This document shows positions 50,597-60,043 of a stretch of DNA of 64,000 bases, in pieces (position 1 is the first letter of the stretch; each line of letters opens with the position of its first letter). The DNA is from Nitrospirota bacterium (GTDB lineage Bacteria; Nitrospirota; UBA9217). The notes beneath the pieces were generated by a model. It had not been told where the DNA came from. It saw nothing but the letters and a program-made list of their open reading frames with translations, and made no database searches. The translations under genes and the position numbers were made by a program. The stretch covers positions 96,001-160,000 of the forward strand of contig CAVWHO010000007.1 of assembly GCA_963754875.1 (NCBI GenBank), written 5' to 3'.

Positions 50597-53170
50597 TTAA
50601 AGGTCCTTGATCTGGTCCCAGTACTTCCGTGCCGAATCCCGTGCCTGATCAAAGGTGCTGTTGCCTTCGAGGCTCTTGGGGAAGAAGTCGAAGTACTCGC
50701 GCCATGCAACATTTGCATTGTTCAGGATGTTGTTTTTCCGCGTGATCTGGTAGAGCTTGTTGTATGAAAGGGCCATGTAGTAGTACGTATCGTGCACGGC
50801 CTCGTCATAGCGGTCATTCGGGAAGAACCTCATGTTTTGTTTTGCGACCTGGAGGTTCTGGATCGCTTTGGCGAAGTTCTGCGCCGCAGCCTCGCGGTCA
50901 GTCTGGATGAGCGAATTGCCCTTCTCGTAATAGGCATGGCCGAGGTTCATGAACGCCACGGAGAATTGCTTATACACGAGCTGCTGGTTCTCGGGCAGCG
51001 AGAGCACGTTCTCAAACTCGCGGATGGCCCCGTCGTAATCACCTGTTTCGTCGAGGTAGATCCGGGCCAGCCGATGGTGCGCCGCGGAATAATCGGGATG
51101 GTCTTTCTCGGTGCTCTTGTACGCCATGACTGCACCGTTGATATCGCCTCTCTGTTCCGCCTGTTCGCCGATCTTGAGGAAGTCCTTGTACAGAACGATC
51201 TTTGCAGCGCCCGTGTAGTTCTCCTCTTTCTTGGCAAACTCGACCACCTCTTCCCAATCCCGGTAGTCCCCGCCGAGCGAGACTTTGACCGTATGGAAGC
51301 CGAGGTTCACCGGTTTTCCGTCGAGGATGGGCGTCCTGCCGATCTTGTCGCCGTCCACGTACACGTCAGCGCCAGTAGGCCGGGAGTTGATCGTGAACAC
51401 GGCGTTGTTGACCAAAAGCGTGAATTCTTTGGTGTCCTTGTTCTTCTCGATCGTGACCTTCTCGGTCACGGGCTGGTAGCCGTGCCGGTACAGCATGAGC
51501 GTGAAGTTCTTGTTGAGCCTGACCGGGACCTCGGCCGTGCCGTCGGGAGCGGTCGAGCCGAGCCACTCGTCGTTCACGTAGATGTTCACCGCGTTGAGCG
51601 GAGAAACGTTGGGAGGCAGGCCTCCCTTGGCCAGGAGGACGAAGTAGTTGCGCACGCTCTCTTCCTCGCCTTCCCGATAGATGCGCCGGACCACCCGGTC
51701 GCCGAAGGCGATCTTCTCGTCTTTTTTCAGGTCCTCCACCTCGGCCCATGACCCGTTCTCTTCGGATTTCTTGACCCGAAGCCTGCCGGTCTCGCTGTAT
51801 CCCGATATCTTTCCCGTCTCATCCATGCGCGGCGTCATGAGCGTAAAATCCGTTCCGCTGGAGATCTTATAGCCGCTCTTCCCGAGGTTGATCCGGTAAC
51901 GTTCACCGTCAACGCCGATTACGGCGCCTTCGAAGGGAAATCGCTCGATCACGGCTCTCGCGATGTCCTTGGCCGCGCCGTTGATGTTGCCTGCGCTCTT
52001 TGCCCGCGTGATCTGGGAGAGGATCAGCGTGCCACCGGAGGTATAGAACTTGGTTTCGATCAGGAAGCCCTTCTCATCCTTTGAAACGCTGCCCAGGATG
52101 ATCATGTCAACAGTCTTCCTGAGCGGCGTCTCCCGCCATCCCTTGGCGGTGATCTTATCGATGTTTAATTTATCGTGTTTCATCTCTGACTGGAGGGTTT
52201 CAGACGGGACCTCGCGGAAGCAGGAATATTTATAGAGCTGCGCCGCCACGGCACTTTCGGTCTGCGTAAGGATGTCGTTGAGATCGGTATTGGCAGTGTT
52301 GCTCACGAACCGGTAAATGCCGGTCCTGATCGCTTTTGGTGATGTAGGATAGAAGTACCGATTGACGTTGACCTCGTCTTTCAGAACGATGGTGGTCTTC
52401 CAAGACTCAGGGATATACCCCGGGGCGGACAGCGTGAGCGGCACCCTCTTGCCCGGCTCACCGTCGTAGGACCAGGTCAACGCGCCCTTCGCATCGGTCT
52501 TGCCCACGTCCTTATTGTTGATGGTTACGCTCAATCCCGGGATGCCGCTCGTCTGGCCGTACTCTTCCGTACGGGCGTTGATCGTCACGGTCACGCGCTT
52601 GGTGAGCTTGGCTTCAATCGTCTGGCCCGGCTCCACGGCCCCGGTCTTGTGCCAGGCTGCATATCCAGATTTTTTCACCGCCAGGTCGATGCCGTTCTCG
52701 GGCAGGTCCTTGTACTCGTAGACGAACCGGCCGGACCCGTCGGTCTTGCCGACCTCTTTGCCCGTTGCCCTGACAGCGGCGTCCGGGACCGGAGAACCCT
52801 TCTCGGTCACGACAAGTGTTACGAACCGCGTCGCGGGAAGATCGGCCGTCAATGAGTACGTATCCATGGCCCCTGACTTGGAGAGTTTCATGACGAACGA
52901 GCCCTTCCAGGGCTTGATATGATAGCCCGGGATTTCCTTTGAAACAACGACCTCGACGTCCGCCCCGGGTTTCCTCCTGATGACCCTGGAGAAAACGCCG
53001 TTTTCGTCGGTAACGCCTTGTTCTTCATTGTCCACGATCACCTTCGCGTGGGCCGCTGGCTGGCCGTTCATGCCGGCCTTCACTTTGAGTTCGAGCTTTT
53101 CTCCTGCACAGGCAAAGAGCAGGGACGACACCATTACCAGTATCGCTGTATGTACTGCACGCTTAATCAT
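50597..53170 (-). CDS. Large lipoprotein: Ig-like repeats, CsgG/FlgT-like region, PEGA and TPR
   Basis: Lipobox LFAC; four GxTDxxG-type repeats; PEGA motif INSRPTGADVYVDGDKIGRTP; C-terminal TPRs. Confidence 0.8.
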   Translation of the reverse strand: MIKRAVHTAILVMVSSLLFACAGEKLELKVKAGMNGQPAAHAKVIVDNEEQGVTDENGVFSRVIRRKPGADVEVVVSKEIPGYHIKPWKGSFVMKLSKSGAMDTYSLTADLPATRFVTLVVTEKGSPVPDAAVRATGKEVGKTDGSGRFVYEYKDLPENGIDLAVKKSGYAAWHKTGAVEPGQTIEAKLTKRVTVTINARTEEYGQTSGIPGLSVTINNKDVGKTDAKGALTWSYDGEPGKRVPLTLSAPGYIPESWKTTIVLKDEVNVNRYFYPTSPKAIRTGIYRFVSNTANTDLNDILTQTESAVAAQLYKYSCFREVPSETLQSEMKHDKLNIDKITAKGWRETPLRKTVDMIILGSVSKDEKGFLIETKFYTSGGTLILSQITRAKSAGNINGAAKDIARAVIERFPFEGAVIGVDGERYRINLGKSGYKISSGTDFTLMTPRMDETGKISGYSETGRLRVKKSEENGSWAEVEDLKKDEKIAFGDRVVRRIYREGEEESVRNYFVLLAKGGLPPNVSPLNAVNIYVNDEWLGSTAPDGTAEVPVRLNKNFTLMLYRHGYQPVTEKVTIEKNKDTKEFTLLVNNAVFTINSRPTGADVYVDGDKIGRTPILDGKPVNLGFHTVKVSLGGDYRDWEEVVEFAKKEENYTGAAKIVLYKDFLKIGEQAEQRGDINGAVMAYKSTEKDHPDYSAAHHRLARIYLDETGDYDGAIREFENVLSLPENQQLVYKQFSVAFMNLGHAYYEKGNSLIQTDREAAAQNFAKAIQNLQVAKQNMRFFPNDRYDEAVHDTYYYMALSYNKLYQITRKNNILNNANVAWREYFDFFPKSLEGNSTFDQARDSARKYWDQIKDL

Positions 53171-53333
53171 ACGAAGCCTCCTTGGTAAAACGGGACAACG
53201 TGAAAAAGCATCAATGCCCTTGTACGAATGTCAAAATCTGACTTTGAGACAGAGCAACGCGGAAAAGAATATCTCAAGCAACCGCGTTTTCACTGGCTCA
53301 CCGTGATGTCCGGGAAACACGGACTCCGTCGTA

Positions 53334-53783
53334 TTACATCGTCGGCGGCTGGATGTTCACCTCGCCGGGATTCACGATCTTGTCCTCGTCCGACTTTGAT
53401 CCCTCGATGCTCTTTAGCTTGCCTTCGGGGATCTTCCTGAGCTTGAACTCCACTTTCTTGCTGCCGAACTGGGTGATCTCGACAGACTGCGTCTCGGTCA
53501 GGTAGCCGATCCTGCTCGCTTCCACCTTGTACATCCCCGGGACGATGTAGTCCTTCACTGATTCAAACTTGCCCGCTGCGTCAACGTTGACGGCTTGCGA
53601 CGCTTTTTCCAGCGTCGTGGTCGTATTGATCATATTCACCACGGTTCCTTGCGGGCTTTCGTTGGTGATTGGGACCGGCTGCATCTTCGCGTCCAGAAGC
53701 TGGACCGTACCGTAGATCTTGGGAGCGCATGATGCCAGGGAGAGCGCCAGTACGGCGAGCAGAAAAGTGTGTCTTGACTTCAT
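53334..53783 (-). CDS. Small lipoprotein (carboxypeptidase regulatory-like fold)
   Basis: AGGAGG RBS; lipobox LASC; GKF...PGMYKVEASRIGY. Confidence 0.8.
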   Translation of the reverse strand: MKSRHTFLLAVLALSLASCAPKIYGTVQLLDAKMQPVPITNESPQGTVVNMINTTTTLEKASQAVNVDAAGKFESVKDYIVPGMYKVEASRIGYLTETQSVEITQFGSKKVEFKLRKIPEGKLKSIEGSKSDEDKIVNPGEVNIQPPTM

Positions 53784-53853
53784 ATCCGATTCCTCCTGTA
53801 CCGTGAATGTGATGCGGTTAAACAATGATTCTCCGCACCGAAGGTGATGGAAC

Positions 53854-53898
53854 AAAAAAAAGCCGCCAAATGAACAAAGACAACGTTCTTTGGCGGCT
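53854..53898 (-). terminator. Riboswitch expression-platform terminator
   Basis: Minus strand AGCCGCCAAAGAAC...GTTCATTTGGCGGCT followed by a T-run; 5' arm overlaps the aptamer 3' end. Confidence 0.85.
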
Positions 53899-54021
53899 CG
53901 ACTCGCGTATAAAACAGCATGCACCTTCCGTCGGATTGTTGCGTCGAGCGGAAATATTCCTGTTTTACGTAGCTTCGTAGCTCTGCGCCCCCAGGTTTCC
54001 CGGGGTTTGCTCTGAGCAAAG
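53888..54021 (-). ncRNA. GEMM-I cyclic-dinucleotide riboswitch, A20 variant (predicted 3',3'-cGAMP)
   Basis: Minus strand CUUUG-CUCAG-A-GCAAACCCCGG-GAAA-CCUGGGGGCGC-AGAGCUACGAAGCUACG...UACGCGAGUCGAGCCG-C-CAAAG; P1 CUUUG/CAAAG, GAAA tetraloop and receptor, A47 and C92 equivalents. Confidence 0.85.
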
Positions 54022-54058
54022 GATATGTTAACCTAGAACTCGATGCAACGACAGTAGA

Positions 54059-54087
54059 AATTTACCATGCCGTCTTCATCTTGTCAA
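54059..54087 (-). promoter_or_regulatory. Sigma70 promoter of the riboswitch operon
   Basis: TTGACA-N17-TAAATT with an extended TG. Confidence 0.7.
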
Positions 54088-54205
54088 GCGACAGTCTCTT
54101 TGAAAAAACGCTTCATAAAAAGCCTGACTTAATCAAAGGTTATCTGGATGACAGCCCGTACGATTACACGGTGACATTGTTCCCTGTAATCGTAATCACA
54201 CAAAT

Positions 54206-54240
54206 AAAAAGGCCATCTGCCTGATCGGCAACGGCCTTTT
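54206..54240 (-). terminator. Intrinsic terminator after the aminotransferase
   Basis: AAAAGGCC...GGCCTTTT hairpin with A/T runs on both sides. Confidence 0.6.
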
Positions 54241-54292
54241 CCTGATACGAACTACGCGGGAACTGGGGGACATCTGGCGTACCATGCTCGGT

Positions 54293-55594
54293 TTACGCTC
54301 CCTGCAAATATTCCGTGATTTTTTCCCGCAACGTTCTGAAGACCCACTCGAACTTAGCGTCGTCCGATTCCAGCAACGTGACGCGGAAGCCTTGCAAATC
54401 GCAGTTGAATCCCGTTAGGGGGACCACGCAGATGCCCGTAGCGCCCAGGAGGTAATAAACAAACCGCTTGTCGAGCGCAACTTCCTTCACGAGCCTCTCC
54501 ACCATCTCTTTCGCCTTGGCATTTCCGATGACGAGCTTCTGGTCCGGCGTCAAGGCGTTCGCTCGAAACATGACTGTCAGGTAAAAGGCACCGTTTGTCT
54601 GATTTACGATGATGCCCTTGATGTCCTTCAAGAGGTTGTATGCGATGCGCGACCTCTTCTCGTACACTGCATTGCGCTGGGCAATATGGTTTGCATATCG
54701 CGCATCACCCATAATGACAGGGATCACCCGTTGGGGAAGTGTCGTCGAGCAGACTTCGAGCATTTTGTCGTCCACGATACTCTTGATATATTTCGCGAAG
54801 ACGGGGTCCTTGTCGGCGTTGTAGACCTCGATCCAGCCGCACCGTGCCCCGGGCCAGGGGAGTTCCTTCGAGATGCCCTTCATCGATATGCCGCAGACGC
54901 CGTTAATCACGTCGGCCAGGGGAACGGCTTTTTTTCCGTTGTAGGTCAGGTTGATGTAGATCTCGTCGCAGACCACGAAGAGATCGTACTGTTTCGCGAT
55001 GGCCACGATCTCCAGCAATACTTCGCGAGGGTAGACCGCGCCCGTGGGGTTGTCCGGGTTGATGAGCAGGATGCCGGAGATAGACGGATTGTACTTTACT
55101 TTCATCCGCAGGTCGTTCACGTCCGGGTACCAGTGGTTGTGCGGGTCGAGCTGGTAGGACACGTACTCCGAACCCGCATGCGATGCTTCCGCCGATGAGT
55201 GCGTGCTATAGGCGGGGCTGGGGCCGATGACGCGGTACTCTTTCCGGAGCTGGCCGTAGACCTTGCTGATTGCGTCACCGAGGCCGTTGAAGAAGATGAT
55301 GTCCTCTTTCGTGATTTTGACGCCGCCATTCTTGTTCGCTTTCTGGGCGAGGAACTCCCTCGTAGCATCGAGACCCTTGGTAGGAGAATAGGCGTAGGTC
55401 AGGTCTTCTTGCATAGTCGAGGTGATGATGTCCTTGATCCAGTCGGGAAGTTTTTCTCCCTTCTGTACCGGGTCGCCGATGTTCTCCCAATTGATCTCGA
55501 TCCCGAGCTTTGCAAATTCCTTTGCAACGGCGACGATCTCGCGGATCTCATACTTAAGTTCATCGGCGCCGAGTGAAACAATATTATTTCTCAT
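54293..55594 (-). CDS. PLP-dependent aminotransferase class I/II (AlaA-like)
   Basis: NIGDP, INPDNPTG, DEIY, GISKELPWPGARCGW. Confidence 0.88.
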   Translation of the reverse strand: MRNNIVSLGADELKYEIREIVAVAKEFAKLGIEINWENIGDPVQKGEKLPDWIKDIITSTMQEDLTYAYSPTKGLDATREFLAQKANKNGGVKITKEDIIFFNGLGDAISKVYGQLRKEYRVIGPSPAYSTHSSAEASHAGSEYVSYQLDPHNHWYPDVNDLRMKVKYNPSISGILLINPDNPTGAVYPREVLLEIVAIAKQYDLFVVCDEIYINLTYNGKKAVPLADVINGVCGISMKGISKELPWPGARCGWIEVYNADKDPVFAKYIKSIVDDKMLEVCSTTLPQRVIPVIMGDARYANHIAQRNAVYEKRSRIAYNLLKDIKGIIVNQTNGAFYLTVMFRANALTPDQKLVIGNAKAKEMVERLVKEVALDKRFVYYLLGATGICVVPLTGFNCDLQGFRVTLLESDDAKFEWVFRTLREKITEYLQGA

Positions 55595-55729
55595 GGAGCT
55601 CCTTTGTAAAAAAACAGGATGTCGAGGTTCATATTACCAAATTCGAGAGCCGGGAGTAAAGCCAAAATGTGACAATCTCGACGAAAATCCTGATGTAATC
55701 ACAGGGGCACAGGGTCTCGACAGGGACGC

Positions 55730-56518
55730 TCAAAGGGCCTTCAACTTCCCCGTCACAAAAGTCCGGGCACGTTCGACGGCTTCCCGTATTTCACTGTTCG
55801 GCGGTAGCACCGCGGCCATCTTATCAACGTATCCCCGCTCCTGAGCCATTTGCAGCGATCTGATGAAATTGAGGTCATAAAGCCAGGTGAGTTGGAGCAG
55901 TTTAAAATCGTTCAGGGTCTTGAGCTCCGATTTGGATGCCATCTTTCCCTGATGCAGGCAGGCAAGGACCGTCGGCGAATAGCCCGGTACATCCGGCAGG
56001 CCGAGCGCTACGGCCGTCGCCCTGCTTGCCCCGTCCTGTCCGTAATATTCTATGAACACTCGCCAGATATCAAGCTTGTCCGCATCCCGCACGATGTGGG
56101 CAAACAGCCGCGTCCTTTGGTCCAGCGTGTCGGGGAGTGAAAAAACGTTGTGCAGGGTAACTGCATGGAGAATGAGGTTTTGTTCCTGTTCCGGCAGCGC
56201 CTGGAGCACGTCTTGTTCCAGCAGCACTTTTACGCCGAGTGCCGCATGGTTCGCCGAGACATCGTCGTCGAATGTCTTGTATTGCTGGTATTGCGGAAAC
56301 CTTCCCACATCGTGGAACAGGGCAATCGCTTCGGCGAGAAGCATGTCCTGATTATTCAGCTGCAGGCTGCGGCCGATTCGCAAGGTATTCAGGCAAACAT
56401 GGTAGGTATGGTCCTTCTTGACGGCAAAGTTCCGCTGGTCTTCCTCGACGTGCGTTGAAAAATGGACGCAGTAGTCAGCAAACCAGTCTTTTAATAGTAT
56501 GAGGTCTTTTTGATTCAT
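55730..56518 (-). CDS. HD-domain phosphohydrolase
   Basis: DHT, LFHDVGRFPQY, NHA, RDADKLDI. Confidence 0.85.
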   Translation of the reverse strand: MNQKDLILLKDWFADYCVHFSTHVEEDQRNFAVKKDHTYHVCLNTLRIGRSLQLNNQDMLLAEAIALFHDVGRFPQYQQYKTFDDDVSANHAALGVKVLLEQDVLQALPEQEQNLILHAVTLHNVFSLPDTLDQRTRLFAHIVRDADKLDIWRVFIEYYGQDGASRATAVALGLPDVPGYSPTVLACLHQGKMASKSELKTLNDFKLLQLTWLYDLNFIRSLQMAQERGYVDKMAAVLPPNSEIREAVERARTFVTGKLKAL

Positions 56519-56724
56519 TGGTGCCTGTCCCTGCAAATTTGTGATTTTACTGCAATGACACGCACGAGTCAATAGCGGCATGGCTGTTTTTTTGATTTTT
56601 TTACCGATTGTATGCTAAATTTATCTACATTCCGTTCATATCTTTGTCTTTCTTGCCCCGGTTCTCATCATCCCGGACCGGCTTGCAAACACGAGAACAC
56701 ATTTTTGGAAAAGGAGCTTCGATT

Positions 56725-57084
56725 ATGTTCGTCCGCGAATTACGTGACTGCGAAGAATTCATTGCCGGCGATAACTGCGCCTTGCGCGAGATCCTCCATC
56801 CCGACAAGGCCGACCTCGCCTTGAGGTACAGCCTCGCCCATGCGGTCGTGAAGCCGGGAGCTACAACCTGGGAACACCGGCTGAAAACGTCGGAAGTCTA
56901 CTATATAGTAGAAGGCGAAGGCACCATGCATATCAACGACGAATCCGCGCCCGTCCTGCCCGGCTCGACCGTGTATATCCCGCCCCTGGCAAAGCAATGC
57001 ATTACGAATTCCGGAAAAACAGACCTCAAGTTCATCTGTATCGTGGATCCGGCGTGGCGCAAAGAGGATGAAGAGGTGCTATGA
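56725..57084 (+). CDS. Cupin domain protein
   Basis: AAGGAG RBS; EHRLKTSEVYYIVEGEG. Confidence 0.85.
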   Translation: MFVRELRDCEEFIAGDNCALREILHPDKADLALRYSLAHAVVKPGATTWEHRLKTSEVYYIVEGEGTMHINDESAPVLPGSTVYIPPLAKQCITNSGKTDLKFICIVDPAWRKEDEEVL

Positions 57085-57112
57085 TATACAAACGAAGTAT
57101 GTCGAGGGTTCC

Positions 57113-58114
57113 ATGCCAATCATCGAAAAATCCGGTTACCAAGCGCCGTTCCTCCTGCGCAACGGGCACCTGCAAACCGTTGTTCCAGCCCTGATACGCA
57201 AACTCGGCACTCAGTTTTATCAACGGGAGCGCATCGATACTCCGGACGATGATTTTCTCGACATCGACTGGTCGAAAGTGGGCAGCGAAAGGATCGCCAT
57301 TCTTTCCCATGGTCTCGAAGGCAGTTCTCATCGCCATTATATTGTCGGGATGGCAACGATGCTGAACCGGCATGGCTGGGATGCCTTGGCCTGGAATTAC
57401 CGCGGGTGTTCCGGTGAAACAAATCGCCGGCTTCGCATGTATCACAACGGTTCCATTGACGATCTGGATTGCGTTGTCCGGCATGTGCTCAAATCCGGCG
57501 CGTATCGGACAATCGCTTTGATCGGGTTCAGTCTCGGAGGAAATCTATCGCTGGTCTATTTAGGCCGCAATGCTGATGTGCTCGACAGCCGAATCCGGAC
57601 AGCCGCTGTTTTCTCCGTGCCCTGCGATCTCCGCGCAAGTGCATTAGAACTTGCGAAGCTGAAGAATAAATTTTATATGACCGATTTTTTAGTGACGCTC
57701 CATGCGAAGATCAAGGCAAAAATGAAAATTTTACCGGGCCAGATCAATGACGACCATTTTCATCGCATCAAAAATTTTAAGGATTTCGACAACCGGTATA
57801 CCGCGCCGATTCATGGTTTTAAAGATGCGGAAGATTACTGGCGCAAATGCAGCTGCGGTCAATTCATCCCGCATATTAAAATCCCCACCTTGATCGTCAA
57901 CGCACTCGATGACCCTTTTCTCGCAGCTGGTTGTTACCCGGTCCGGGAAACACAAAACCATAAACATGTCTACCTGGAAATGCCCGGCTCCGGCGGACAT
58001 GTCGGCTTCATACAATTTAATAATGACAAGAGTTACTGGTCGGAACGACGGGCGCATGGAATTCCTGCAGCAGAACTGAAGCATGATCGGCCTCTTCAGA
58101 GGAGAATGCAATGA
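57113..58114 (+). CDS. YheT-family alpha/beta hydrolase (C-terminus possibly frameshifted)
   Basis: NGHLQT, HGLEGSS, GFSLGG, DDPF, GGHVGF. Confidence 0.88.
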   Translation: MPIIEKSGYQAPFLLRNGHLQTVVPALIRKLGTQFYQRERIDTPDDDFLDIDWSKVGSERIAILSHGLEGSSHRHYIVGMATMLNRHGWDALAWNYRGCSGETNRRLRMYHNGSIDDLDCVVRHVLKSGAYRTIALIGFSLGGNLSLVYLGRNADVLDSRIRTAAVFSVPCDLRASALELAKLKNKFYMTDFLVTLHAKIKAKMKILPGQINDDHFHRIKNFKDFDNRYTAPIHGFKDAEDYWRKCSCGQFIPHIKIPTLIVNALDDPFLAAGCYPVRETQNHKHVYLEMPGSGGHVGFIQFNNDKSYWSERRAHGIPAAELKHDRPLQRRMQ

Positions 58115-58698
58115 ACGTATCAGTCATCCTGGGCCACCCGCACAACGAGAGCTTTAATCATGCAATTGCGAAAGCTGTTGTCGCAGCGCTCCGGGAAAAA
58201 GACCACCAGATCATGTTCCACGACCTTTATGCCGAACACTTCGAAGCCGCGCTGAGTGCTGCCGAAATCCCCAAAAACGCTTTGCTCGATGTTGCCGTTC
58301 AAAGGCATTGCGATGAAATTGCCACAGCCGACGGCATCATTATCATCCACCCGAACTGGTGGGGCCAGCCGCCGGCAATCCTGAAAGGCTGGATCGACCG
58401 GGTGATCCGTCCGGGCGTGGCCTATGAATTCATCGAGGGAGACAGCGGCGAAGGCGAGCCCCGGGGGCTGCTCATGGCTAAAACAGCGCTCGTGTTCAAC
58501 ACGTCGAATACCGGGGCCGAACGGGAGAGGGATGTATTCGGCGACCCCCTCGAAACGATCTGGAAGAACTGCATCTTCGGTCTTTGCGGCGTTCATAATT
58601 TCTATCGCAAGACATTCGGCATTATTGTCACCAGCACGCCGCAGCAAAAAGAAGAATGGCTGCAAGAGGTAAGGGACGTTGTCACCAGATATTTTTAA
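58111..58698 (+). CDS. Flavodoxin-like NAD(P)H:quinone oxidoreductase
   Basis: GHP..SFNHA; PNWWGQPPAILKGWIDRV. Confidence 0.88.
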   Translation: MNVSVILGHPHNESFNHAIAKAVVAALREKDHQIMFHDLYAEHFEAALSAAEIPKNALLDVAVQRHCDEIATADGIIIIHPNWWGQPPAILKGWIDRVIRPGVAYEFIEGDSGEGEPRGLLMAKTALVFNTSNTGAERERDVFGDPLETIWKNCIFGLCGVHNFYRKTFGIIVTSTPQQKEEWLQEVRDVVTRYF

Positions 58699-58720
58699 AG
58701 AGAGAAAAAGGACCCATTAC

Positions 58721-59464
58721 ATGGAAAACAGGGCCGACACCAAAACAAAACATTTTAGCGGTTTTTCAGAAAAATCATCGACCTTCCTGAAGCAGCTCAA
58801 GAAGAACAACGATAAGCTCTGGTTCGATGCACACAAGCAGGAATTCGAGCAGTATCTCCTCCAACCCCTGCAGGCCCTTGTCTCGGACCTTGGTGAATCC
58901 ATGCTCGCCATCGACCCCTTGCTGGAAGTACGACCGGCAACGAACAAGACCATCTCGCGAATTTACCGTGACACGCGCTTTTCCAAAGACAAATCGCCGT
59001 ACAAGACCACTATGTGGCTCACCTTCAAGAGGCCGGGTGAAAACTGGCAGGACGGCCCTGCGTATTTCTTTGAGATCGGCGTTGACCTTTATCGGTACGG
59101 CATGGGCTTTTACCAGGCATCGAAGGAGACCATGGACAACTTCCGGGAACTCATTGATACGAAACCGAAGGAGTTTCAAAAGGCGATCGCATTCTACGCA
59201 CGGCAAAAAGACTTCGTAGTAGAAGGCGAGCAATATAAGCGGGTCCTGGATGCAGACAAGCCGGAAGCTTTGCAAGTCTGGTATCAGCGGAAGAGTTTGT
59301 ACCTCGTCTGCAGCCGGAAAACCGATAAGGCACTCTTCAGCAAGAAGTTGGTCAACGACCTGAAGACCGGCTATGCGCTCCTTGCGCCTCTGTATTATTT
59401 ATTCTGGAAGGCAGCGCTTCTGACCAGGGAAAAGGAAACTCATCGGAAACAGTTTTTTTACTAG
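58721..59464 (+). CDS. DUF2461 family protein
   Basis: NNDKLWF; RIYRDTRFSKDKSPYKT. Confidence 0.88.
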   Translation: MENRADTKTKHFSGFSEKSSTFLKQLKKNNDKLWFDAHKQEFEQYLLQPLQALVSDLGESMLAIDPLLEVRPATNKTISRIYRDTRFSKDKSPYKTTMWLTFKRPGENWQDGPAYFFEIGVDLYRYGMGFYQASKETMDNFRELIDTKPKEFQKAIAFYARQKDFVVEGEQYKRVLDADKPEALQVWYQRKSLYLVCSRKTDKALFSKKLVNDLKTGYALLAPLYYLFWKAALLTREKETHRKQFFY

Positions 59465-59507
59465 CATGTCGAAGTACCCTTTCGGGTCGTACACAGGAGG
59501 AGGGCTG

Positions 59508-59792
59508 ATGAGGAAACAGGCGTCCCGCCTAACAAGACTTCGCAACCCGATGCCCGCGTTAGTTCGGAAAGCGCTCATGGAGCGCGGCCTTATGGAAGCC
59601 TATCGCGATCGTCCGCCCTATCAGAAAAACGATTACCTCGGCTGGATCATTCGCGCGAAGCTTGAACAAACCCGGCAAAAGCGGCTTGGCCAGATGCTTG
59701 ATGAACTTGCTCGACGCGATCGCTACATGAAGATGGTTTATCGAATGAGCCCTGACAAGGCAAATAGGAAAAAAGCAAGCCCACGTCTTTAA
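59508..59792 (+). CDS. YdeI/OmdA-family protein
   Basis: RPPYQKNDYLGWIIRAKLEQTRQKR; AGGAGG RBS. Confidence 0.8.
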   Translation: MRKQASRLTRLRNPMPALVRKALMERGLMEAYRDRPPYQKNDYLGWIIRAKLEQTRQKRLGQMLDELARRDRYMKMVYRMSPDKANRKKASPRL

Positions 59793-60043
59793 CACTGATA
59801 AAGACGGATTAAACTTCATGGAAAAAACATGGTTCTGCATAATTAATCAGTATTCACAAAGTAAATTTTGGGCCCATTTCAGGTAGAATTTGCTGGTAAA
59901 CCACTAAAGTACGACCAAGTTCAGCCCGACCTTTCCGAACATTTCGCACATCCTTCCTTCAAAAACCATTTGCCATAAAGCCCTTCTTGCGTTATTATAT
60001 GAAGTTCTATTTTTGCATCCCATCTCACAGTAAAGGTTAAAGA

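Noticed and set aside
53780..54019. 79-aa ORF and the extended 5' part of ORF 53334-53924
   Set aside because: They overlap the riboswitch and terminator; the real start is the ATG at 53783 with RBS and lipoprotein signal
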